A program made the translations under genes and the position numbers. 32,000 bases of DNA from Candidatus Saccharimonadota bacterium (GTDB lineage Bacteria > Patescibacteriota > Gracilibacteria > UBA4473), in NCBI GenBank assembly GCA_965228485.1, contig OZ245819.1, forward strand, positions 930,001 through 962,000, read 5' to 3'. A model generated the notes under the pieces. It had not been told where the DNA came from, ran no database searches, and saw nothing but the letters and a program-made list of their open reading frames with translations. Numbering within the stretch: the first letter of the stretch is position 1; each line of letters begins with the position of its first letter. Shown piece after piece: positions 23,716 to 31,884 of this stretch.

Positions 23716-24245
23716 TTGATATTTTTTTGATATTTCTGTGTATTTTTTTGATTTTGTGTTGTGTCCTTTGGACTTATGTTCTTATTTTTTTTATCTGGTA
23801 TAAAGTCCCACTTATTTCGACCCCAAAGCCAGTGATCAAAGCTATGATTGAATTGGCTGAAGTTGAAGAAAATCAAGTTATTTGTGAAATTGGATGTGGG
23901 TTTGCTCAGTTATTATTTTTGCTGGTTCAGGGCAAACCTAAAAATACGTACATTGGGATTGATGTTTTGGGGCCAGTTATTTGGTTTAATACTCTGAAGG
24001 CTCGTTTTTTGCAGAGGGATATTTGTTTTAAAAAACAAAATTTTTTTAAAGCTGATCTTTCTGAGAATGATATAATTTTTTGTTACTTATGGGACAGTAT
24101 CATGGAAGATCTATATGTAAAAAAATGGGAAGAATTTAAACCTGGAATGAAACTTATTTCACACGATTTTCCTATAAAAAAATTACGACCAGTAGTCACT
24201 CAAAAAATTGGTCGTTCAACAGTTTATGTTTATCAGAAGAATTAA
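23712..24245 (+). CDS. class I SAM-dependent methyltransferase with an N-terminal TM helix
   Basis: The ATG at 23712 overlaps the helicase stop (ATGA). The sequence starts MIDIFLIFLCIFLILCCVLWTYVLIFFIW (TM), followed by motif I VICEIGCGFAQL. The track ORF starts at 23676, which would overlap the helicase by 40 nt. Confidence 0.65.
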   Translation: MIDIFLIFLCIFLILCCVLWTYVLIFFIWYKVPLISTPKPVIKAMIELAEVEENQVICEIGCGFAQLLFLLVQGKPKNTYIGIDVLGPVIWFNTLKARFLQRDICFKKQNFFKADLSENDIIFCYLWDSIMEDLYVKKWEEFKPGMKLISHDFPIKKLRPVVTQKIGRSTVYVYQKN

Positions 24246-24685
24246 TAATTTTTACAAAATTCTAACACCACTTCAGCGTGTCCTTTGGCTTTAACTTTTC
24301 GCCATTCTTTTTCTATTGTTCCATCAACAATAATAAAGGTAGAACGATCAATCCCCATATAGGTTCGTCCATACATAGATTTTTCAACCCAAGACCCAAG
24401 AGCTTCGATAAGTTTGCACTCTTCATCTGAAAGAAGCGGAAAAGTTAGCGCTTCTTTTGTGCAGAATTTTTCGTGTGACTTTATGGAATCTTTTGAAAGA
24501 CCGAAAATCGAAAAGTCTAATTTTTCAAACTCTGTTTTAAGGGATTGAAAAATTTTTGATTCCAGTGTGCACCCTGAGGTCATGTCTTTGGGATAGAGGT
24601 ACAAGATGATTTTTTTATTTTTAAAATCTTCTTGGGTATAGGTTTTTCCGTTGGAAGCTGGTAGTGAAAAATTGGGTAATTTCAT
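24242..24685 (-). CDS. bcp: thioredoxin-dependent thiol peroxidase (Bcp-type peroxiredoxin)
   Basis: KKIILYLYPKDMTSGCTLE contains the peroxidatic Cys motif (P-x-D-x-T-x-x-C-T). The protein has a thioredoxin fold length of 147 aa. Confidence 0.85.
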   Translation of the reverse strand: MKLPNFSLPASNGKTYTQEDFKNKKIILYLYPKDMTSGCTLESKIFQSLKTEFEKLDFSIFGLSKDSIKSHEKFCTKEALTFPLLSDEECKLIEALGSWVEKSMYGRTYMGIDRSTFIIVDGTIEKEWRKVKAKGHAEVVLEFCKNY

Positions 24686-24689
24686 GACT

Positions 24690-27089
24690 TTATTCTACCT
24701 CTTTTTTGTCTTTTTTAAAGCCTTCTGTTTTCGTGTTTCGGTCAAGAACCTGTTTCATTACGCTTTCTATGTCCTGGGTTTCCAGGTCTAAGAATGCTTT
24801 GAGAAGTGGGGTTTGTTTTTCGTCGATATCAGGAAAACGTAAATCCAACTCAGTTTGTTTATCTTCTAATCCTCTTTCAAGGACAGCGGTACACATGGCA
24901 TGTAATATGTCTTTTTTGTGTATTTCTGGGAAAGCTAATTGCATTTCTCGATGTATTCGACAGAAGGCCCAGGCACGTGTGTTTTCAGTAAAGTTTCGTT
25001 TTCGACAGATGGCTTCTAGTTTACTGAAGATCGTTGCAAAAGTTGCCGTAATTGGAGAATGTTCTCTCGGTTCTATCTTTGGAAGTAGCCCTTCGGTTAT
25101 ATTTGCTAAACTTTGTCTAAAAGTTTCTATTTCTGGAGTCTCTAACCATTCGTCTTGTGCATGAAAGCGCTGGCTTGTTTCTATCCCTTCAACGGTTCCA
25201 AGTTTTTTCTGAATTTTTTCAAGAGTTTTTGTCCCTTTAGCTACTTTTTGTCCATATTGGAAGTTTCTGGAGCCTTCGGAGTTTTCAAAGAATTTTAAAC
25301 ACAGTAGTATGTCTCCGAGTCCTGCAATTCCCCAAAACTCTTCTGGGTTCTCATTTTCTGGGGCATGTTTTTTAACGATTGAATAGGCGGCTTCTAAGGC
25401 CTGAATAATTAATGCTGCCTTTTGTTCAGGCTGTTTTTTTAGTCGTTTCCAAACTTTTCCAAGTTCAAGCACTATTAGGTTTTTTAGAACTCCAGAAATT
25501 TGTATGACATTCGGAGATTCTGATTTGTAGAGTCTAAAATTAGGACCATTCAATAGTTGGTGAACCCTTTCTAGTCGTTCCGGATCACTCCCTGCAATAA
25601 CAGCTGCAGAGGGTTCATCGTTTTTGATTTGGTCGGCCTTATTTGGACCAGAAAGAATAATAATTCTTTTCTGTTCGCTTGGAGTTAATTCGTTCTCATA
25701 AAGATCTATTGCATTTGGCCCTTTAGCCGTAAGTACTATGGTAGAATTCGGGTTTTTTCTTATGTAATTGAGAATGGCTTCTTTGGCCCAACTTGGGGCA
25801 GTGATAATTAATACTTCTGGTCGATCTCTTTTTTCCTGGGATTGGGCCTCTTGTCGAGTAACTCCCAAAACATCAAAAGTTTTGTCGACGGCGTGTCCTT
25901 TTAGTACATGGGTCAGAGCCGCTCCGAATTGTCCTTGAGACCCAATCACTTCTACGGTTGGAAGCCGTAGTTTGCCGACGGTTTCTCCTTCATAGTTGGT
26001 AATATGTCGTGCAAGATTGTGACAGACTCCTAATTGAGCTTGCTCTCCTCTGATAGTTTTTTTTGAGTAGGTTTTTCCAAACCGGATATTAACTCTTCCT
26101 GGAGTTAATATTTTTGCTCCATCGAAGGCCTCTAAGTCATAGGTTCCTACAGGGATAACAGGAGCCATCATATTTATAACTTGTTGGAATTTTAAAACTC
26201 GATCGTCCAGTGCGTCTAAAACCAGCTCTCCAGTTTCTTTGTTTTTTTTGTCAGTAGTTCCAAACGGGCAGTAAATTAAAATGTTACCAACCGATTTTAG
26301 GACTGATTGAATGGCCTTGTTTGAGCGTGTTGTAATTTTTCTTTCTAAGTCTTTTAACTCATCTGGGAGTTGTCCATTTGGAGTTGGTGGAATGGTTTTG
26401 ATTACGTTTCCAATTCTTGCCAGTTCTAATCCTTGTTCAAAAGTTGTTAGTGCTGGTCCTAAGAGAATGTGAAACCTACTGAGAGGAACTCCGTATACTT
26501 TGTGCATAGCCGCCACCAAAAAAGGAATATTTGGCCAACTAGAGTGATTCGTCATGTAGGCAATTGATCCACTCTCTAAAAGAGTTTCAAATTCTTCTCG
26601 ATGTTCTTCGAGTTCATTAACCACCTCTTCCCAGTTCGAGGCTTGTCCTGTTAAATATTCAACAGTGTTAATTCCTCCAATTTCTTGAGGCATGATACCG
26701 TCATTGTGTTCATAAAAAACTTGCAGAGGATCATCCACTCGGAGAATTGGAAGTGGAACATTTTGTTTTTCAATCAGTTGATTCCAATAATGACGATTAT
26801 AAGCGGCAATATCAGCAGACGAGAGTTGAAATTCTTCACTACTGTGTTCGCCCTGCATATTAGAAATTCTATCTGCATTTTGTAATATTACCCCTTCAGT
26901 AAGACAGTAGTGAGGCGTTTTTGAGGCCTGACTCCAGCGATAAATAAGCCCTTGATTTATGCAGGTAGTAGCTCGAGCTGAAAAGCCTTGTCCTAAGGCT
27001 CTAGGAATGGCCGTCATAGCATATGAAGTCTTTGGATATGGACTCCCCTGATCTATTATTAGTCCTTCGCTTAATTCTTCTCGGGTCAT
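24690..27089 (-). CDS. fusion protein: N-terminal glycerolipid acyltransferase-like (PlsB/PlsC-type) domain plus C-terminal NAD(P)-dependent glycerol-3-phosphate dehydrogenase (GpsA-like)
   Basis: N-terminal half: YMTNHSSWPN (HX4D-like block I), IYCPFGTTD (FPEGT-like block III), APVIPVGT (block IV). C-terminal half: VEVIGSQGQFGAAL (Rossmann), IITAPSWA, LKNLIVLELG..KAALIIQAL, GIAGLGDILLC..SRNFQYGQKV, TVEGIET, and a C-terminal VLDRNTKTE. These are the conserved GpsA blocks in the conserved order. Confidence 0.75.
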   Translation of the reverse strand: MTREELSEGLIIDQGSPYPKTSYAMTAIPRALGQGFSARATTCINQGLIYRWSQASKTPHYCLTEGVILQNADRISNMQGEHSSEEFQLSSADIAAYNRHYWNQLIEKQNVPLPILRVDDPLQVFYEHNDGIMPQEIGGINTVEYLTGQASNWEEVVNELEEHREEFETLLESGSIAYMTNHSSWPNIPFLVAAMHKVYGVPLSRFHILLGPALTTFEQGLELARIGNVIKTIPPTPNGQLPDELKDLERKITTRSNKAIQSVLKSVGNILIYCPFGTTDKKNKETGELVLDALDDRVLKFQQVINMMAPVIPVGTYDLEAFDGAKILTPGRVNIRFGKTYSKKTIRGEQAQLGVCHNLARHITNYEGETVGKLRLPTVEVIGSQGQFGAALTHVLKGHAVDKTFDVLGVTRQEAQSQEKRDRPEVLIITAPSWAKEAILNYIRKNPNSTIVLTAKGPNAIDLYENELTPSEQKRIIILSGPNKADQIKNDEPSAAVIAGSDPERLERVHQLLNGPNFRLYKSESPNVIQISGVLKNLIVLELGKVWKRLKKQPEQKAALIIQALEAAYSIVKKHAPENENPEEFWGIAGLGDILLCLKFFENSEGSRNFQYGQKVAKGTKTLEKIQKKLGTVEGIETSQRFHAQDEWLETPEIETFRQSLANITEGLLPKIEPREHSPITATFATIFSKLEAICRKRNFTENTRAWAFCRIHREMQLAFPEIHKKDILHAMCTAVLERGLEDKQTELDLRFPDIDEKQTPLLKAFLDLETQDIESVMKQVLDRNTKTEGFKKDKKEVE

Positions 27090-27090
27090 T

Positions 27091-27125
27091 GTTGACTTTT
27101 TATTTTTTTATTTCAAAAAGTCAAC
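27091..27125. repeat. 11-bp perfect inverted repeat between the DinG-like gene and the acyltransferase-GpsA gene
   Basis: GTTGACTTTTT (27091-27101), a 13-nt A/T loop, AAAAAGTCAAC (27115-27125). It contains the candidate -35/-10 elements for the downstream gene and touches the upstream stop codon. Confidence 0.5.
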
Positions 27126-29305
27126 TAAGAAAAGACGCTTTCGATAACATTTTTTCCCCAAGAGGCGTTGCTTCTGGAGTCTAGTAAATAGATGTTTTTT
27201 AGGCCGTTGAGTGTCTCTGTTTTTTTCGATATTTCACTCTTGGTATGAGTCATAGTCCAGATATCCCAAAAATTTTTACCATTTTGAGCCATTGATTGCT
27301 TTATTTTTTCTAGCAATGGTTGAGGTGGGGCAAATGGGAATTTTTGGATGATTAGGTTTTCAAATTGGAATGATTTTAACTTTGGATCAGACATTTTTTG
27401 AAAACAAAAAATTATTCGTTTTGTTTTGTTTTGCTCTAATAGTTCTAATATTTTTCCATTTCCACCTTTAACCTTCTCTCCAATAATAAATACCGATTCA
27501 TCATTAATAAGTTGAGTGAGAGATTCATATACATTTCTAAGCGCTTCTAAACTTGAAAAATTTATCGCCAGATTTCCAGAGGTGTTCTGAAAAATTTCTT
27601 CAATGAATTTTGTAGTAAAGTCATTAAAATCAGGAGATTTAGTAGAAACTAGTGTTTCTGGAATAATAAGGTTTGGGACGTCAATAGAGCTTTCTAGTGG
27701 AGCCTTTTCTAGCGGGGGGGCTGCCAAGAAAGTATGAAAGAATAAATCGCTTTCAGGTCCTTCAGTTCTTCGGGTTAAAAGCTTTTTCTTAGACTGTAAT
27801 TTTGATTTTAAGTTTCTCCAGTCTTCTGGATGCCAGTATCCAAATGTTAGACTTCCTGATTCAGGATAATAGATAAGCCATCGAACGGACTGATCTGGTG
27901 GGTTTTCTAGTATCTCTTTCCAGAAAGCCCAATCATCTTGATTCATAAATTCGTCAAGTTCTTTAATTAAGCTAGAGAGATTTTCTCTTTCTTCTAAAAG
28001 AATTTTTTGAGGAAATGGCCCAATTTCATGTCCGAGTTTTACTTCTATGAAGTCTCGGCAAAAACGGCTGGTAATAAACTGTGTTTTTTTAGCAATTTCT
28101 TCATCAAAGTGATTAAGATAAGGTAGTAGACTGAAGGTTTTTGCAGGAGTGAAAAGCAAGCTCTCTCCGATGTGTTCACCTTCGTCTAAAATGGCGTATC
28201 GCTTGGAAAATATATCTTCATCAATAAAGCGAAAGTAGGCAGCAGGAGAGGCTATGAGAGTTTTATGTTTTTCTTTTTCTTTAAGTATGTCTTGAAAAAT
28301 TTTCCCCGTTTCTTCCGCAGCGATTTCTTTCCATAAATCTCTTTCTTTGAAAAATAGATCAAAATAAAATACTCCTCGATATCCAATGAATTTTCTATAC
28401 ATACATTTTAAGAAAAAAGTGGTTTCTTGGTCATTCAGAATATTTCTTTGTGAAGCAAAGGTTGATAGTTTTTCTGGATCAAGAATTACTTCTGGGGTTG
28501 GGAATTTTTCTTGGTCTTCATAGAAGTCAATTCGAGGCGTTACAATAACGCTTTTCTCAGGATTTATACTCGCTATTTGTGTTAGTGTTTGGCTAGATTT
28601 TTTCTGAAACTTTATATTCCATTCACAGCTATTTTCGTAAAAATTTTCAGGTAGCTCAATATTTTGGTCTGAGCTTGTTTTTGTGGGTTTAGTTTCTTCT
28701 TTTATGGAAAGTTTTTGCCCCTTGCTTTTGAGGAATAATTTTTTGGCAAACCAGTTAGTTTTTGTTTCTAAAAATAGAGATATATCTTTAAGGAAATCTT
28801 CTGGAAGAACTTGAATTCTTTCTAGCATCATTACAAAGAAATCTTTTGACGCCTCTACGTCGCTCATAGCTCGGTGAGCATTCGTGTGGTTGAATCCGTA
28901 TTTTTCGGTGAGTACTTCTAAAGCATAGCTGGCTTCTAAAGGAAGAAGTATGCGTGCTAGTTCGTGAGTGTCTATTCGAGGGTTTGTTTTGACATTGATA
29001 CCGTTCTCGATGAGAAAATTAATATCAAAGTCAATGTTGTGACCAATGATAATGGCCTCTCCAATAAGAGTTTCAATTTCCTCTTTTTTTTCCTTAAAAT
29101 CGAGTCCGTGATTATTAATCTCTTCAGGGGTTATCCCTGTAAGGTGGATAACAAAGTCATTTAAAGGTGACTTATCGGGGATGAATACTTGGTCAAATCG
29201 TGTAATTTCTTCATTGTTTTCGCAAACAATAAATGAGCATTCTATAATGGAGTCTTTTTTGGGATCAAATCCTGTCGTCTCTAAATCTAAAAAACATTGT
29301 CTCAT
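27125..29305 (-). CDS. DnaQ-type 3'-5' exonuclease fused to a DinG-like helicase-related region
   Basis: DEDDh motifs: FLDLETTGFD (Exo I), IIGHNIDFDINFL (Exo II), HRAMSDVEA (Exo III). Downstream there is a DEAH-like AILDEGEHI block, but I can find no Walker A GxxxxGK(S/T). Start taken at the ATG at 29305; the track uses the GTG at 29308. Confidence 0.7.
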   Translation of the reverse strand: MRQCFLDLETTGFDPKKDSIIECSFIVCENNEEITRFDQVFIPDKSPLNDFVIHLTGITPEEINNHGLDFKEKKEEIETLIGEAIIIGHNIDFDINFLIENGINVKTNPRIDTHELARILLPLEASYALEVLTEKYGFNHTNAHRAMSDVEASKDFFVMMLERIQVLPEDFLKDISLFLETKTNWFAKKLFLKSKGQKLSIKEETKPTKTSSDQNIELPENFYENSCEWNIKFQKKSSQTLTQIASINPEKSVIVTPRIDFYEDQEKFPTPEVILDPEKLSTFASQRNILNDQETTFFLKCMYRKFIGYRGVFYFDLFFKERDLWKEIAAEETGKIFQDILKEKEKHKTLIASPAAYFRFIDEDIFSKRYAILDEGEHIGESLLFTPAKTFSLLPYLNHFDEEIAKKTQFITSRFCRDFIEVKLGHEIGPFPQKILLEERENLSSLIKELDEFMNQDDWAFWKEILENPPDQSVRWLIYYPESGSLTFGYWHPEDWRNLKSKLQSKKKLLTRRTEGPESDLFFHTFLAAPPLEKAPLESSIDVPNLIIPETLVSTKSPDFNDFTTKFIEEIFQNTSGNLAINFSSLEALRNVYESLTQLINDESVFIIGEKVKGGNGKILELLEQNKTKRIIFCFQKMSDPKLKSFQFENLIIQKFPFAPPQPLLEKIKQSMAQNGKNFWDIWTMTHTKSEISKKTETLNGLKNIYLLDSRSNASWGKNVIESVFS

Positions 29306-29376
29306 CACCTTCTATTGTAGGGATTAATTGATTATTATGAATTGAAAATTTGTTAAAAAGAATCATAATCTTTTTG

Positions 29377-29697
29377 ATGAAACAATCAGAGCGAAGTCGG
29401 CGTTTAGGGGGAGTTCTAGAAACCAAAATTCCATTGCTAATTCAACAGTTTTTTACTCCTGATCAAATTGGCTTTGTCACTGTTAGTGCGATTGAGGTTT
29501 CGGGAGATCTAAAAGTTGTAGATGTTTTTGTTCGTTCTATTAACGGTCCAGATAATTTTTATAAAAAACTTAATAGAGCTACAAAGCGTTTCTCACACGC
29601 CTTGTCTCAGGACTTAGAGGTGAGACAGTCTCTTATTATTCGCTTCAAGGAAGACCAATCGGTTAAAGCGGTGGAGCAAGCTAATAGAAATCTTTAG
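29377..29697 (+). CDS. rbfA: ribosome-binding factor A
   Basis: MKQSERSRRLGGVLETKIPLLIQQ..VTVSAIEVSGDLKVVDVFV matches the RbfA N-terminus and KH-like core. ATG 29377 is preferred over the track's TTG at 29350 because a TTGAAA-16-CATAAT promoter lies 7 nt upstream of it. Confidence 0.75.
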   Translation: MKQSERSRRLGGVLETKIPLLIQQFFTPDQIGFVTVSAIEVSGDLKVVDVFVRSINGPDNFYKKLNRATKRFSHALSQDLEVRQSLIIRFKEDQSVKAVEQANRNL

Positions 29698-29700
29698 ATA

Positions 29701-30300
29701 ATGGTGAAAATTTTGATTGCGACTGGAAATGAAGGAAAGAAAAAAGAAATGATGAAGTTTTTTAGTGGGCTTGAGAATTTTGAGTTTTTGGACCTTAAAA
29801 ACTTTCCCGAAGTTGAAGAGCCTGAAGAAGATGGAGATACTTTCGAGGCAAATGCTCTTATCAAGGCTCAGTATTATGCCCAAAAATTTAATATGCCAAC
29901 ATTAGCAGAAGATTCGGGTTTTATTTTGTCAGCGTTTCCCGAAAAATTTGGCTTAAGAACTCGTCGAGAATTTGATGCTAAGGATGATATAGATTGGCTC
30001 ACTCAGTTTATGGATATGATGGATGGAATAGAAGATCGAAAAGCGACGTTTTATTCTGCGATGGCGATTGTTGACCCTTCTAGTCAAAAAGAAGAGACCA
30101 TTCTTCGAAATGTTACAGGAGAAATTGTAGATTTTCCTCAAGCTCCAATTGAAAAAGGTATCCCCGTTTCGGCAGTTTTTATTCCAGAGGGAGAAAATCT
30201 CGTATTTTCTGCGATGACAAAACAACAAAAGATGAAAGTTAGTCATCGTGGGCGCACAGCCAAAAAGGCAAAAGAAGTTTTAGAGAGACTCTTTAGTTAA
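29701..30300 (+). CDS. rdgB: non-canonical purine NTP pyrophosphatase (RdgB/HAM1 family)
   Basis: N-terminal ILIATGNEGKKKE (ATGNxGKxxE signature), TFEANALIKA, EDSGF, and SHRGRA-like (SHRGRT) C-terminal motif. Confidence 0.85.
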   Translation: MVKILIATGNEGKKKEMMKFFSGLENFEFLDLKNFPEVEEPEEDGDTFEANALIKAQYYAQKFNMPTLAEDSGFILSAFPEKFGLRTRREFDAKDDIDWLTQFMDMMDGIEDRKATFYSAMAIVDPSSQKEETILRNVTGEIVDFPQAPIEKGIPVSAVFIPEGENLVFSAMTKQQKMKVSHRGRTAKKAKEVLERLFS

Positions 30301-31124
30301 GATCTCCAGAAATCTTTCCTCCTCATAATATAGTGATACTTTCGGAATAGATTGGCTTGTTTTACATTTGGCATACTTAACAGTGGGCTCCACTTTTTTA
30401 TCTGTTGTGTTCGAATATTTCTTTTTTCTATTTTTACGAGTGCTTTTGCGAGTAATACTCCCCCAACAACCGAACTTTTTTCATTAATACAGTTCATGCT
30501 GTCATTAGCTCTGATGAAAAATTTTCTTTGAGTAATTATCTCTCCTTCATCAAAATTCTGAGTCATAAAATGAACGGTTGCCCCTGCATATTTTTTTCGA
30601 TTGAGCAATGCCCAAAATCCGGAGAATGTGCCTCTGTGGTCTTTGAACAGTGCTGGATGGAAATTTATAGCGCCATTAATAGGCATGGATAAAACTTCCG
30701 TATCTACTTTTTCTAACAATAGGCAGGACACAATAGTATCAATATCGAGGTCTTTTATAATTTTTTTTGATGAGCTGTTATTAATGCTATCTACTGCAAA
30801 GTAGGGGATATTATGTTGTTCACAGAGTTCGCTCACTTCAAATATTTTTCTTTGGCTTCGGGGATAGAGATATCGGACAATTTTGAGATTTAGTTTCTGC
30901 CAGGTGTTTATAGCAATAGTTTTTATAGCAAAAATAATTCCAGAAGTCTGAATAAATTTTATAAGCTTTTTCCAGGTATTTATTCTCAAAATATTTACAT
31001 GATTTGTAGAAAGAACTCCTACAATTTCAATATTGTTTTTGATGATTTTTTTGTGGTTCAAGAGTTTTTCCAAGGCAATGTTTGTCGCCAGGCTATATTC
31101 GGTTGTGAGTATGCAAACTCTCAT
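30297..31124 (-). CDS. formyltransferase-family protein (Fmt/PurN-like N-terminal domain only)
   Basis: INFHPALFKDHRG (equivalent to the HPSLLPxxRG motif) and ATVHFMTQNFDEGEII (catalytic His...Asp segment). It carries an unusual basic, hydrophobic insert near the N-terminus. Confidence 0.7.
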   Translation of the reverse strand: MRVCILTTEYSLATNIALEKLLNHKKIIKNNIEIVGVLSTNHVNILRINTWKKLIKFIQTSGIIFAIKTIAINTWQKLNLKIVRYLYPRSQRKIFEVSELCEQHNIPYFAVDSINNSSSKKIIKDLDIDTIVSCLLLEKVDTEVLSMPINGAINFHPALFKDHRGTFSGFWALLNRKKYAGATVHFMTQNFDEGEIITQRKFFIRANDSMNCINEKSSVVGGVLLAKALVKIEKRNIRTQQIKKWSPLLSMPNVKQANLFRKYHYIMRRKDFWRS

Positions 31125-31132
31125 GATTTTCG

Positions 31133-31160
31133 TTGAAATGGTATGAAAATTTGCTAGTGT
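31133..31160 (+). promoter_or_regulatory. pyrH promoter (leaderless geometry)
   Basis: TTGAAA (31133-31138), a 16-nt spacer, TAGTGT (31155-31160), then 7 nt to the ATG at 31168. Confidence 0.4.
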
Positions 31161-31167
31161 CGTAAAG

Positions 31168-31884
31168 ATGAATTTACCTTATAAACGAATTTTGTTGAAA
31201 CTTTCTGGGGAAGCGCTTTTAGGAAAAAAAGAGTTTGGAGTTGATTATCAGGTGCTTCATCAAATATGTGAAGAGATCCAAACAATCAGAGATTTAGGTA
31301 TTGAAATTGTGGTGGTTATTGGTGCTGGGAATATTTGGAGAGGAAGTGAAAATGCGGATTCAGGAATTGATCGAGTACCTTCGGACTACATTGGAATGAT
31401 GGGAACATTGATGAACTCGGTGGCTCTTCAAGCAAATTTAGAAAAAATGGGAATTTACACTCGAGTGGCCTCGGCTCTTGATATTCCATCGGTAGCAGAA
31501 CCTTATATTCGAAGACGCGTCATGAGACATTTAGAAAAGGGGCGTGTCGTTATTTGTGGAGCGGGTACTGGGAATCCTTATTTTACGACAGATTCTGCTG
31601 CAGCGCTTAGAAGCTTGGAGTTGGAGTGTGATGTCTTGATTAAAGCAACAAACGTTGATGGAGTTTATGATGATGATCCACGGAAAAATCCAGATGCAAA
31701 AAGATATTCAGAAGTAAGCTTTGAAGAGGTTCTAGAAAAAAATCTTAGAGTTATGGATGCTACGGCCATTGCTCAGTGTCGAGACAATCAAATGCCGATT
31801 ATTGTTTGTAAGCTTATGGAACCCGGAAATATTGCTCGGGTTATTAAAGGGGAAGACGTTGGAACTCGAATTAAAGTTTCTTAG
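31168..31884 (+). CDS. pyrH: UMP kinase
   Basis: YKRILLKLSGEAL, VVVIGAGNIWRG, DYIGMMGTLMNSVALQ, ICGAGTGNPYFTTDSAAALR, ATNVDGVYDDDP. Confidence 0.95.
   Translation: MNLPYKRILLKLSGEALLGKKEFGVDYQVLHQICEEIQTIRDLGIEIVVVIGAGNIWRGSENADSGIDRVPSDYIGMMGTLMNSVALQANLEKMGIYTRVASALDIPSVAEPYIRRRVMRHLEKGRVVICGAGTGNPYFTTDSAAALRSLELECDVLIKATNVDGVYDDDPRKNPDAKRYSEVSFEEVLEKNLRVMDATAIAQCRDNQMPIIVCKLMEPGNIARVIKGEDVGTRIKVS

Noticed and set aside
1443-25164. Numerous 60-150-aa track ORFs lying antisense to or out of frame within long genes (e.g. 1792..2157, 8188..8607, 15386..15748, 16894..17280, 18523..18918, 24706..25164)
   Set aside because: They are fully embedded in well-supported longer CDSs, have low-complexity or hydrophobic shadow-ORF composition, and have no independent start-site context.
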